Source of the DNA: Ostreococcus lucimarinus
Taxonomy: Eukaryota
Reading direction: 5' to 3' (one strand)
Assembly (NCBI GenBank): GCA_000092065.1
Contig: CP000589.1
Length of the DNA stretch: 64,000 nt
Of this stretch, positions 28,986-38,897 are shown one piece after another (within the stretch, counting starts at the first letter, position 1; each line of letters opens with the position of its first letter). Made by a program: the position numbers and the translations under genes. The notes beneath the pieces were generated by a model. That model saw only the letters and a list, made by a program, of their open reading frames with translations. It made no database searches and had not been told where the DNA came from.

Positions 28986-31820
28986 ATGCGCGCGAACCGC
29001 GACCGCGCGTTTCACGGCATACACTCCGACGCCACCGTCGCCGGAAGCGACGGCGCCGCGCCGCGTCGTCGCGACGAGCGCGAGCTCACCGAGCTCGACG
29101 TCTTCGGGACGCTCAAGGAAAAGCACCACAAAAACACCGTGAAAACGATGCGCGCGATGTACGCGGACGTCCGCGAGCGACGGCGAAGGGCGATGGAAGA
29201 TTTAACGCCGCTCCAACGCCGGGCGCGGGCGAGCGGAGGCGTGAATCCGTTCGATTGGTCGGATGGACACGTGGGACACTTTTACGAGTTCATGGTGGCG
29301 GAGAACGCGGCGAGCGAACGAGGAGCGAAGTCGCGCGCCATGGTGTTCGAGAGACAGGATGAGTCGGGACAAAACGTGGTGGAGGAATTATTCGATAGTT
29401 TTAGGGCGGACTACGCGGATCGGTGGCGGGCGGAGGTGGTGTGCGGGATCGACGCGAGCGCGGGGGCGTGCGAGCGGTATAGGGACGCCGCGGCGGAGGC
29501 GTGCGAAGCGTTGCTGGGAGACGACGACGCACGAGAGATGGGGGCGTGCGAGACGTATTTGCACACGTATGGGATCGTGCACGAGCATTGGCACGTGGAA
29601 GATTACGTGCAGGCCAGGAATACGTTGGGATACTCAAAGCCAAAGATGGAGGCGCCAAAGCGATATCCGGCGAATTTGTGGGGAGACTCGGTCTTGGCGC
29701 GCTCGAGAAACGGGGAATGTTCGGCCTGTAGTACTCAAGTGATCACTCTTCAAGGATATGTCGACGTGGATGTGGGGACGACCTATTCTTTAGGCGCCGA
29801 GCGAGAGGACAAGTGGGTGTTCGACGCCGAGCGATGGGCGCACGACGTACCAATGACAAAGTTCAAAATTGCGAAGACGTGTTGCACGAACGCGCAATTC
29901 GCGTGCTTTGTCGAAACAGGAGGTTATGCCGACAGAAGTCTTTGGAGTCACGAAGGGTGGCGATGGGTGGAAAAACGACGCGCCGCGGGTGAATTGTTGG
30001 CGCCTCTCGGTTGGAAAGTGTCGCCGTGCGTGAAATTCTTAAGCAACGGCGAAGAAGCACCCGCGTGTGAGAGTTGGCGATGTGCGTACTTTGATGAAGC
30101 GCCACGCGCACTACATCCGCAGCACCCTGTGTGCCACGTGTCGTGGTACGAAGCCGAGGCGTATTGTAACTGGATTGGCGCACGTTTACCGACTGAGGCG
30201 GAATGGGAAGCAGCCGCGAGAACGACGACGAGTTGGTCGACGGACAAACAAACCACAAAGCGTCGCACGTATCCGTGGGGTGAAGAATCTCCTTCAGAAG
30301 ACAAAGCAAATCTTGGTGGACACTTTGGAGGTACTATTGATGTCAGTGCTTTGGGTGCGGGCGATAGCGCGCACGGTTGCCGACAGATGTTGGGCAACGT
30401 TTGGGAATGGACGGCGTCGGCTTTCCTGCCTTTTCCCGGTTTTCAAATGGACTACCCGTATCGCGAAAACAGCTGTCCGTGGTTTGGGTATAGAAAAGTC
30501 GTCAAAGGCGGGTGTTGGGCGACGAGCGCGCCCATCGCGCGTGCGGCATATAGACACTCGTTTTGGCCGCACATGCACAACACGTTCAGTGGATTTCGCG
30601 CCGCTATCGGTGGCTCGCAAAAGCGCGCGCTTTGCATTCTTCCGCAAAAAATACAGAGCGGCGCAAAATGTGGCAACGTGGTCACGATGGAAAGAATTTC
30701 TTCGCATCTCGAGAAGAATCACATCATGAGCATCACGCGTTCGATTTTTGATCTGCCGCAGTCAAAGGAGGATTTGGCGAACATAATACACGCGATGAAC
30801 GTCGATTTGATCATCGTCTTGCACGCTTTCAAGTGCGGTGCCGTGATCGATACCGTACAGGCATATAAAGACATGCTCCCGCCTATCGTTCTAGTGCTCG
30901 GCGGCACCGACGTCAACGTGGATTCTCGAAAGTCTGCGCTCGCTGAGGAACAATTTCGCCGACGCGTTGACGTCGCGACAAAAGTTGTCTCGTTTTCCTT
31001 GTCCATGATAGAAGCCGCACCCAAAGGTGCGTTGAAATTTATCGAGTCGGACTCGACATCTAAAACCAAACTGATACCGCAAGGAGTCATGCTCCCGAGC
31101 ACGTTGAAGGCTTCAAAGCGCAAAAGGCTTGCAGATGAAACTGTGGAAACACCCGGCGAGCTTCAAGGCACCTCGCGGCCTGCGGACCTATCGATACCGA
31201 TCATGTTCCTACCTGCGGGATTACGCCCAGTCAAGGACGTGTGCTTCATAAACGACGCATTGACTGCGTATAACTCAAATGGAATCAAAGCACATCTGAC
31301 TGTGTGCGGCCCTTTCCTCGATTCGGCGTACGCGAAACGCGTGCGATGTCAGTTTGACGGTCGTTCCGATTGTACCTTGCTAGCAGGTGTCGATCGCGCG
31401 ACGCTTGTAAGGTTCATCGGCGAGGCGAAAGTTTTGTTGAACACCTCGGTATCGGAAGGTCAAAGCGGAACCATCGCTGAAGCGATGATGGTGGGGACTT
31501 TAGTCTTCGCGCGAGATATTCCAGGCAATCGTCAGCTCTTTGAGTTGTGCGAAGCGAGAGCGCTCGCAGCACTCGGTCCTGCGACGATAAAGGAGATGAA
31601 GGGCGATGGATGGGAGGTTCACCCGGTGGGAGTACTATTCTCGACTCCAGAGGGTTGCATGCGCGCTTTCGAAGCATTAGGTCTCGAAAGAGAGTCGACC
31701 GAAGACGTGGATGTATCGTTGATTAGACTCCGCGCGCGCGAAGGCGTCGCCGAACTGTCATTGAACGAAGCGAAGCGTTGGACGGAAATTTTAGACGAAA
31801 TCACCGCGCACGGTTCATGA
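28986..31820 (+). CDS. EgtB/OvoA-type iron-dependent sulfoxide synthase (DinB_2 + FGE-sulfatase) fused to a C-terminal GT4 glycosyltransferase domain
   Basis: N-domain: GHVGHFYEF and HEHWHVE (HX3HXE iron-ligand motif of EgtB/OvoA). FGE-sulfatase domain: VCHVSWYEAEAYCNWIGARLPTEAEWEAAAR, GNVWEWTASAFLPFPGFQ, VVKGGCWATS. C-terminal ~390 aa GT-B: LIIVLHAF...IVLVLGGTD and LLNTSVSEGQSGTIAEAMMVGTLVFARDIPGNRQLF. Single uninterrupted 944-aa ORF. Confidence 0.8.
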   Translation: MRANRDRAFHGIHSDATVAGSDGAAPRRRDERELTELDVFGTLKEKHHKNTVKTMRAMYADVRERRRRAMEDLTPLQRRARASGGVNPFDWSDGHVGHFYEFMVAENAASERGAKSRAMVFERQDESGQNVVEELFDSFRADYADRWRAEVVCGIDASAGACERYRDAAAEACEALLGDDDAREMGACETYLHTYGIVHEHWHVEDYVQARNTLGYSKPKMEAPKRYPANLWGDSVLARSRNGECSACSTQVITLQGYVDVDVGTTYSLGAEREDKWVFDAERWAHDVPMTKFKIAKTCCTNAQFACFVETGGYADRSLWSHEGWRWVEKRRAAGELLAPLGWKVSPCVKFLSNGEEAPACESWRCAYFDEAPRALHPQHPVCHVSWYEAEAYCNWIGARLPTEAEWEAAARTTTSWSTDKQTTKRRTYPWGEESPSEDKANLGGHFGGTIDVSALGAGDSAHGCRQMLGNVWEWTASAFLPFPGFQMDYPYRENSCPWFGYRKVVKGGCWATSAPIARAAYRHSFWPHMHNTFSGFRAAIGGSQKRALCILPQKIQSGAKCGNVVTMERISSHLEKNHIMSITRSIFDLPQSKEDLANIIHAMNVDLIIVLHAFKCGAVIDTVQAYKDMLPPIVLVLGGTDVNVDSRKSALAEEQFRRRVDVATKVVSFSLSMIEAAPKGALKFIESDSTSKTKLIPQGVMLPSTLKASKRKRLADETVETPGELQGTSRPADLSIPIMFLPAGLRPVKDVCFINDALTAYNSNGIKAHLTVCGPFLDSAYAKRVRCQFDGRSDCTLLAGVDRATLVRFIGEAKVLLNTSVSEGQSGTIAEAMMVGTLVFARDIPGNRQLFELCEARALAALGPATIKEMKGDGWEVHPVGVLFSTPEGCMRAFEALGLERESTEDVDVSLIRLRAREGVAELSLNEAKRWTEILDEITAHGS

Positions 31821-31938
31821 AGTAACTTATCATTTATTATTTCACGTATTATTTCCTCACCTAGTGCATCGCCGCGGCTAAGCAACCGAAGTTCACGACC
31901 GCCATTTCGTATTATTCGTTCGCTGACTATTTCTCTCT

Positions 31939-34452
31939 TCAGAGATGGTGCTCCTGCTGGCTCTTTCGCCTCTGAAACGACGCGAGAATATCCAGTTTTG
32001 CCCGTGTTTTCTCAGAGAATGGTGGCGCCGTGTTGTCGCCACCAGTGGATTGTGTCTGTCCAGGCAAGTAGTTTGCGTTAGCAGGTACGAGCGCGCCGAA
32101 CGGCTCGTAGTTCTTCAGAAGCCTCTCTAACTGTTCTGGACTTGCGTGTGTTGGAATCGGGGGATGATACAAACCCAAACGCCCTTTCGACATCAACTCG
32201 CTCTTCTCGCACTGGTACATGCGACACAGGAATGCTGTGCGAACTCGTCGTGATCGAGTCTCTGTTACTTCTGGCGATTGTGTGACTCGCATTTCGGGCA
32301 TCTCGTGGTCTGTTTTATCGTCCGTCGACCCGCCGTGTAGACCCGCGTTTTTAACGAAAGAAACATCATCTGTGGAATTCGCGAGCTGAGTCTGCGCAAT
32401 ACACAATCGCCTGATTCTTCGAATGGGAATGAGAGCGACCGCCCAGATACCAATGTTCGCCCAGAGTGTGGTAGAGATTCCGTCATCAAAGCGATAAAAC
32501 ACAAGACAGCCAAACAGGATTTGCAGCAGGTTGATCACTCGAGCAGTAATCGTGATGCCGAAGGAGTCCTCGCGGAGTTTCGGCGGCGCCGTGGTGAGAT
32601 ACAAACCTTGGTACTTTTTGCTCCAGTACAGCACGAATATCCCAAAGACGCCTACGGCGTAACTCACGGGAAGTGCCGGCGCGTAAATTGCCGATAGACC
32701 GAGAATCTTGAGCAACTCGGCGTACGAACGCGCCAGCTGGAAAGCTGGAGGTTGCACAAGACTCTCTTGCATCGACAACGTCTTCGACATTGGGGCGAGT
32801 ATTTTCACTTGGATAATGTGTTTGATGTTCATGTTCCTTAAAGGTAACAAGAGAACGTTGAACACTTGCAAATAGAACGCATATTCGACGAAACCACCGG
32901 GAACGTACCAGTTACACACACCATCTGCCTTCGACGAGCATCGATTGGTGATGATCGGAACGACGACGTAGTTGAGCAAGTTAACAAACGTCAACGTCGC
33001 GATCAGCATGTTTGTCTCAATCGTTTTCGTCTTATAAACCTCAAGTTGCGCGAGATAAACCGTCAATCGATCCAGCAAACCGTTAATGATAACCACTACG
33101 AGTGACGTGGAAGATGCGACGAGTTGCAGTCTGATGGACGAAGTCGTCGAAGCCGTAGATTGGAAAGCGACCTCGTTCGTAATGGTTTCGAGTTGATTAC
33201 TACGCAAGACCTCGAAAACGTACTGAATAACGCCTCCAACGCACAAAGCGCCCGCGAGCACGAACTTCGCCCCGATGGCGGTAGCCACAACCTCCCAGTT
33301 ACTGTCTCGTCGACGAAGGTGCTGCCAGTTGATATCGCTCGGTTCGGGCGCGCGAGTGACGATGAGTCGACGTCCGTTAAAGTCTGGTGAATGTTTGCCG
33401 GTGCATCGATCGATGATCGATTCTCCGTAATCGCCGCAGTGATCTTCGCAACAGTTGATCGCGTGCTGCTCGTAATTGAACGTCACCACGGCGCTCCCCA
33501 GATGCGAGTTGCCGTTTTCCCCGAGCGCCACGACCTTCGCCTTGAGTTCGGCAATTTTTGCATCCAACTTTACTAACGCTTCTCGCGTTGGTTTCGTACC
33601 TTTGAGTGCGATCATTCGATACAATTGTCGACGCAATAAGATGGATTTATTGATCTTCTCGTCCATGTTCGCGCCTTCGTTGTCATCGAGAATCGCCTGA
33701 ATTTCGTTTCTTCGCTGCACGGCGTTTTTGATTTCTCTCTCCATAGTCACGAGTCGTCGAGTGTTCGTAAGATGACAAACAGAAACAACCTCGCCGTAAT
33801 GCGAGAAAAAATCCGCGATTTGCTGTCGAGTCCACTCGTTCCCTTTTCCGAGCCCGGTGACGAGCACCGAGTAGTCGCTCGCGGTCACCACACTCGACTT
33901 GATGATCGCCGCCGCCGTCGCGCGATTACGAGTGTAAAACATGTCAAAGAGTAAAAACACCACAGTCACGACGATTGAAACCGCCTGAAACTCCTTAGGC
34001 GTTTTATTCACAGTGGCGGCGACCCGAGGTACGCAACACACCGCGGTCTGCGTCGTCGTCAGCACCTTCTCGAGCGTGCACGGATAGTGCGTCTGGCACG
34101 CATTCGTCGCGTCAAACGTCCCGATCGCTCCTTCGTAATCGCATCGCATCGGGCAGTTATAAAAACTCGCCAACGTCGGGACTCCACACCTCGACCCTTG
34201 ACTCGTGCTCAGCACAAAGCCGCCCGTCTCGTACGTCCTCGCGCACGTCGTCGTCGCGTCGGCTCCCGCCGTCGCGTCCCACCCCGTCACCGCGTACGAC
34301 GCCGTGAACGCCCTATCCGTCACGTTCGTCGTCAACGAGTACGCGTTGATTCCCGCGAGCACCACCGCGAGCAAACCGAACTGCAGCACCGTGTCCAGGT
34401 ACAGCGCCAGCGACACGCTGCTCGCGCCCACGCGTCTGTGACTCGCCGTCAT
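31939..34452 (-). CDS. CSC1/OSCA/TMEM63-family stress-gated cation channel (DUF221)
   Basis: TM0-TM2, then the cytosolic RRM-like domain (ASDYSVLVTGL...SAVVTFNYEQHAINC), then GRRLIVTRAPEPSDINWQHL (OSCA APEPxDVxWxNL) and the 7-TM RSN1 core. Start set to ATG 34452 (MTASHRRVGASSVSLALYL, immediately at TM0); track ORF extends to 34758. Confidence 0.8.
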   Translation of the reverse strand: MTASHRRVGASSVSLALYLDTVLQFGLLAVVLAGINAYSLTTNVTDRAFTASYAVTGWDATAGADATTTCARTYETGGFVLSTSQGSRCGVPTLASFYNCPMRCDYEGAIGTFDATNACQTHYPCTLEKVLTTTQTAVCCVPRVAATVNKTPKEFQAVSIVVTVVFLLFDMFYTRNRATAAAIIKSSVVTASDYSVLVTGLGKGNEWTRQQIADFFSHYGEVVSVCHLTNTRRLVTMEREIKNAVQRRNEIQAILDDNEGANMDEKINKSILLRRQLYRMIALKGTKPTREALVKLDAKIAELKAKVVALGENGNSHLGSAVVTFNYEQHAINCCEDHCGDYGESIIDRCTGKHSPDFNGRRLIVTRAPEPSDINWQHLRRRDSNWEVVATAIGAKFVLAGALCVGGVIQYVFEVLRSNQLETITNEVAFQSTASTTSSIRLQLVASSTSLVVVIINGLLDRLTVYLAQLEVYKTKTIETNMLIATLTFVNLLNYVVVPIITNRCSSKADGVCNWYVPGGFVEYAFYLQVFNVLLLPLRNMNIKHIIQVKILAPMSKTLSMQESLVQPPAFQLARSYAELLKILGLSAIYAPALPVSYAVGVFGIFVLYWSKKYQGLYLTTAPPKLREDSFGITITARVINLLQILFGCLVFYRFDDGISTTLWANIGIWAVALIPIRRIRRLCIAQTQLANSTDDVSFVKNAGLHGGSTDDKTDHEMPEMRVTQSPEVTETRSRRVRTAFLCRMYQCEKSELMSKGRLGLYHPPIPTHASPEQLERLLKNYEPFGALVPANANYLPGQTQSTGGDNTAPPFSEKTRAKLDILASFQRRKSQQEHHL

Positions 34453-34772
34453 CGAAAATCGCCGCGCGCTCGACGGCACCTGCACGCCGCGATGATCGAC
34501 GTCGTACTCCAGCACGCCCGCGCGCGCGTGCGCCCGCCTCGCGGCGGTCATCGCCGCGTCCGCGCGCGCCACCGGTCCGTCCTCGAGCGCGCCGAACGTC
34601 GTCGCCGCGCGCGACGTCGCGCGCGTCGCCCGGCGCTCGACCGCGCGCAGCTCCACGACGTCGGCGTCCGCGCCGTCGACGACGACGACGTCCGCGACGT
34701 CGTCCGTCGCCGCGGCCGTCGCCATGTCGACGCGCGTCGATCGGTGTCGTCGGCACACGACCGCGCGCGGCG

Positions 34773-35360
34773 ATGCGACGATGCGCGCGACGCGCGCTCG
34801 AGCGCGCGACGCGCGCGGCGACGGCGACGACGCGTCGAGGACGCGCGTCGTCGTCGGGCGACGCGCCGTCGAAGGCGACGAAGGCGACGACGACGACGCG
34901 CGACGACGGCGGGACGGAGAATCCGCTGCGCGGGGTGATGTTCCCGTGGGAGCGCGCGGTGCTGCACAGCGAGCGCTGGGCGGGGGAGCTGAAGCCGTGG
35001 CAGAAGGCGTACTGGGCGGCGTTCGCGCTGGGGTGCGCGTTCGTCGTCGGCGCGCGGGCGAAGCGGTATCACGACGATCAGGAGAGCGAAGAAGCGCGAC
35101 GGCGAACGATGGAGGCGAATAAACGCGCGCTGCGGGGCGCGCTCGAGGGGAGGAGTTTCATCGGCGCGAGCGGGGAGGACGAGGAGGACGAGGACGAAGA
35201 CCCGTTCGATGGGATGAGCCCGGAGGAAATCGAGGCGTTGGTGAAACGAGAGGCGGGACCGAGCGGGGACGTGTACGACGGGATGACGCCGGAGGAGATT
35301 AACGAGCACGAGGAAAAGTTTCGCGGGAAGGGAAATTTGACGTGGAAGACGAAGGCGTGA
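34773..35360 (+). CDS. hypothetical small single-TM protein with acidic C-terminus
   Basis: 195-aa ORF with coding-like composition in its 3' two-thirds. TM segment KAYWAAFALGCAFVVGA followed by an EDEEDEDED tail. No family recognised. Confidence 0.35.
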   Translation: MRRCARRALERATRAATATTRRGRASSSGDAPSKATKATTTTRDDGGTENPLRGVMFPWERAVLHSERWAGELKPWQKAYWAAFALGCAFVVGARAKRYHDDQESEEARRRTMEANKRALRGALEGRSFIGASGEDEEDEDEDPFDGMSPEEIEALVKREAGPSGDVYDGMTPEEINEHEEKFRGKGNLTWKTKA

Positions 35361-35458
35361 GCGCGACGCGGGTGTTTCGCTCGCGCGGCTGGTGTGTTGT
35401 AATCTAGTTCTATTTCTATTCTAATCTAAACGCGGCGCGCGCTGTGCGCGCGCTGAAT

Positions 35459-36394
35459 TCAACGCGCCCCGTTCGCGTTGAGCTCGCGCGCGAGCTCGCG
35501 CAGCCGCCGCTCGCGATCGCAATCGCGCCAACAGTCTGCGCATTCGCACGAGCCGCCGTATTCGCGCGGAACTGAGCTCAAATCAGCCTCGCGTTTCACC
35601 TTGCTCGTAAATTCATCGAGCGTGCTGCAGACGACGATTTGTTTCAGCGTGCGCTCGGAGATGAGCGGCTTGCAAGTATTGAAAATGAATGCGAAACTCG
35701 CCGGCGGGTGCACGATGTAAATTTTGTGAATGCGCTCGACGAAGGCGCGCTTGGACACTTGAGACATGACGCGCAAAAAATCGAACACCTCGAAACCGAT
35801 ATCATTCATACCAAGTCGACTCATATCGACGATTCGAATCGTCTTGCCGCGGGGCCACGGTCTGGTGTCGATATGTTCGAATAAAAACGTCATCACGAAG
35901 GACACGTGTTCGACGACGGCGTGCACGGGATCGTCATCTGGTCTTCCTATCTCCTCCGCCTCTCGCCGGACCGCGTCGAGCAAATGTCCAAACTGTCCCG
36001 GCTTTTCTATCTGTATCGAGCACGCGTTCTGACCTTTGCCCGTCATGTGAAACGCGTGCGGATAGTATCGCTTGATGATTTTAAAGTACGGCTTCGGCGT
36101 GCGCAAAATGAAATCGATATCGAACCGCTCGCGCCACTCCGCGAACAACCGCGCCTTCTCCACGCGCCTCTCTGGATCGTCCGTCGAGCGCAGGATTCGA
36201 TCTGGGATCCCGTCGACGTCCACCGCGATCGCTCTGACCTCGTCCGCGTTCGCCGTCGCCTTTGGCGTCCTCGCCTTGGCGACGCTTTTGGAGAACACCA
36301 CGCGCAGCGCGCGGACCACCGCGGCGAGCGCGTTCGAGAAGAACCGCAAAATCATGATTCCTAGCACGAAGACGACGTGCGTGATGGACTGCAT
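35459..36394 (-). CDS. SEC14/CRAL-TRIO lipid-transfer protein with N-terminal hydrophobic segment
   Basis: CRAL-TRIO core: YYPHAFHMTGKGQNACSIQIEKPG, IRIVDMSRLG, FDFLRVMSQVSKRAFVERIHKIYIVHPPASFAFIFNTCKPLISERT. N-terminus MQSITHVVFVLGIMILRFF is signal/anchor-like. Confidence 0.75.
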   Translation of the reverse strand: MQSITHVVFVLGIMILRFFSNALAAVVRALRVVFSKSVAKARTPKATANADEVRAIAVDVDGIPDRILRSTDDPERRVEKARLFAEWRERFDIDFILRTPKPYFKIIKRYYPHAFHMTGKGQNACSIQIEKPGQFGHLLDAVRREAEEIGRPDDDPVHAVVEHVSFVMTFLFEHIDTRPWPRGKTIRIVDMSRLGMNDIGFEVFDFLRVMSQVSKRAFVERIHKIYIVHPPASFAFIFNTCKPLISERTLKQIVVCSTLDEFTSKVKREADLSSVPREYGGSCECADCWRDCDRERRLRELARELNANGAR

Positions 36395-36617
36395 GGCGAC
36401 TGCGATGTTTCTGACGCCGGTGCGGAATGTGACCGAGCGCGGTGCTTCGACGCGCGCGCGCGCGCAGAACGCGCGCGCGCAGAACGCGCGCGCGCGTCGA
36501 TGCCGACGCGCGGATGCGCCGCGGTCGTCGGCGCGTTTCGCGAGCTCGGTCGATTCGGCGGTGCGCGCGCCGCGCAGTGGCGACGCGGTTCGCGCGCTAT
36601 CGACTGTTTCTATTCTA

Positions 36618-38021
36618 TTACAAGTACGCTTTACGAGCTCGAAGCGCGCCCACGACGGATGGCTTGAACCCGGTAGGCTGCGCGTCGAGCTTTTGCACCA
36701 CCATGATCTTTTCTTTCAACGACGCGAGCCTGATTCGACCGCAAAACTCTTCGAGACGCTTGCGAATGGAGGCTTCGATGGACTCTCGTTCGCGAGCGTC
36801 GGCGGCGACGTACGCCGTCGCCGTCGTTCCGGCGAAGGCGTCGAGCGGAGCGTTGCGAAGATACGCCGACGCCGCGCCGGTGGGATCGGATATCTGAATC
36901 TTTACTCGCCATAGCGGCGGGCGGGCATCCTCTTGAACTTCTAACCTCCCAGTCCTCGTTATCCACGCGTGCACGGTGGCCATCGCGGATTTATCGTCGA
37001 GCGACGCTCGCGCCGCCCGTAAACATCCGAGGTACGTCCACAGCCCTTTTACCGCGCTCTCGTTCACGCGTTGCACCAACGCCATCGTACGATCGTCTAA
37101 CGCGGGCGCAGACGACGACGGCACAGACGATCGTTCGCGACTGGAGAAAATCGGTTCGCCCGACGCTTGAAGGCTCGATCGCGTCGATCGCCGCGGAGAC
37201 GCGACCGCGCCCATCGCCCTCGCGTCGCCCGCGAGCGCGTCGTCCTCGCCGCCGATCTCCAAAATATCCACCACTTGTGAGTCTGGCACGACCCCGCGCG
37301 CCGCATTCGGCGTCACCACCACCCTCGGCGCCGCGCCCTCGACGTCCCTCGCGCCGTCGAGCGCGCGCGCCTCGTTCGCCTCCTCCTCCCACGCCGCGCG
37401 CGTCGCCGCCTTCACGCGATCGCCCTCTCCCACCCCAGGTCGATTCGGCGCTTCAAACACCGCCATCGCTCGCGTTCTCGCGCGCTCTAACCGTTCCACG
37501 ACCCCCCCCAACAGTTCCGTCGTCGCTCGTTCCAGCCAAATCGTTCCGTCTTCGCCGACGTACGGATCCGTCAGCGCGATTTTCGCCCCCGCTCGCATCC
37601 CCTCTCCGCTCAGCCGCGGCACCGCTTCGTACTCCACCGCGAACATCCTTCGCGCGCCGTCCGTCAGGCTCAGCGTCAGGCATCGCTGCGCGTGCGATCG
37701 TCGACACTGTTCGTCCGCGCGTCGTCGTCGCGCGTCGCGCCCGACGTCTCGCCACTCATCCATCTGCACCACGAATCGTCCTCGCGCGCGCGCGCCCGCG
37801 ACGCGCGGCGCGCGCGACAGTCCCCCGCCCAGCGCGCAGACGTTAAAGTCGCTTCGCAGCGCCGCGCTCGCGCACGCGCGCGTCGTCGTCGCCGTCGCCG
37901 GCGTCGCGACGTCCATCGCGCGCGCGACGACGTCGCGCCACGCCTCGCGCGTCTCCGGCCATCCCGCGGCGTCGCGCGCGAGCCACGCGTCGAGGGCGTC
38001 GCGCGACGTCGCGCGCGCCAT
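36618..38021 (-). CDS. RMI1: RMI1-like (RecQ-mediated genome instability 1) OB-fold protein
   Basis: An N-terminal DUF1767-like helix bundle (MARATSRDALDAWLARDAAGW) is followed by the OB-fold block RCLTLSLTDGARRMFAVEYEAVPRLS...GAKIALTDPYVGEDGTIWLERATTELLGG, which parallels RMI1 (LQLTDGIVQIQGMEYQPIP...GTKILIYG...LKPENVKVLGG). Track ORF overruns to 38846; start set to ATG 38021. Confidence 0.55.
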   Translation of the reverse strand: MARATSRDALDAWLARDAAGWPETREAWRDVVARAMDVATPATATTTRACASAALRSDFNVCALGGGLSRAPRVAGARARGRFVVQMDEWRDVGRDARRRRADEQCRRSHAQRCLTLSLTDGARRMFAVEYEAVPRLSGEGMRAGAKIALTDPYVGEDGTIWLERATTELLGGVVERLERARTRAMAVFEAPNRPGVGEGDRVKAATRAAWEEEANEARALDGARDVEGAAPRVVVTPNAARGVVPDSQVVDILEIGGEDDALAGDARAMGAVASPRRSTRSSLQASGEPIFSSRERSSVPSSSAPALDDRTMALVQRVNESAVKGLWTYLGCLRAARASLDDKSAMATVHAWITRTGRLEVQEDARPPLWRVKIQISDPTGAASAYLRNAPLDAFAGTTATAYVAADARERESIEASIRKRLEEFCGRIRLASLKEKIMVVQKLDAQPTGFKPSVVGALRARKAYL

Positions 38022-38150
38022 CGCGTCGCGCGTCGCGTCGCGTCGCGTCGTCGTCGGTCGTCGCGAAGTGCGGCGAAAGTTTAAACTTTGGCGCAGCTGT
38101 CGGCACACGCGCGCGCGCGCCGGCGACGCACCGGACGCCGCGCGCGCGCG

Positions 38151-38783
38151 ATGCGCGTCGCGACGCTCGCGCGCGGCGCGGCGCGGCGCGGCGCGGCGTC
38201 GGCGCGCGCGCGCACGACGTACGCGACGAACGAGGACGACGCGCTGTCGAATCTGCTCACGCCGAGACAAAAACTGCGCCGCGCCGCGCTGCTGGCGCTG
38301 ACGACGTGCGCGGCGGGGGCGTACGTGTCGTACTTTGCGACACCGATCGTCGCGGACGGGAGCGCGCGGTCGTGCGCGGCGCTGACGCGGTCGAGGGATG
38401 GGTTCATGGCGCGCGCGGGCGCGGCGCGGGCGCGCGCGATGTGGGCGTTGGGCGACGTCGGGAACGCGCGAGGCGCGCTTCTGGCGAACGACGCGCTGGG
38501 AGCGTGCGTGGAGACGGCGTGCCGACGAGGGATGGACGCGAGGGCGCGCGAGGCGGCGAGCGCGATGTTGAGGGACGCGTGCGAGGACGCGCGCGGAATC
38601 GAGGCGCTGCGACGGTGGAGGACGACGTTGGAGACGTGCGCGCGAGAGCGCGGCGACGGCGAGCGACGAGAGTGGTGGTGGACGAGGACGCGTGCGACGA
38701 GCGGCGAGGACGCGGGCGATGGCGGAGGGTTGGACGCGACGCGCGCGAACGTGGCGGCGACGTTGGAGAAGTTGCGATCGTGA
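38151..38783 (+). CDS. hypothetical helical-repeat protein with targeting-peptide-like N-terminus
   Basis: Fills the gap between RMI1 and PUS3. ARM/HEAT-like helices (ARAMWALGDVGNARGALLANDALGACVETACRRG...). Weak evidence only; track ORF starts at 38088. Confidence 0.3.
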   Translation: MRVATLARGAARRGAASARARTTYATNEDDALSNLLTPRQKLRRAALLALTTCAAGAYVSYFATPIVADGSARSCAALTRSRDGFMARAGAARARAMWALGDVGNARGALLANDALGACVETACRRGMDARAREAASAMLRDACEDARGIEALRRWRTTLETCARERGDGERREWWWTRTRATSGEDAGDGGGLDATRANVAATLEKLRS

Positions 38784-38897
38784 GGCGGTTCGCCAAACGG
38801 CGCGAGGGCGCGGCGGCGATCGGTAGGTTCGCCTTCGGACAGCCATTCCGGTGTATGATTATTAACTAAACTGTGTTCTAAGTGCTAAGTACGCGCG

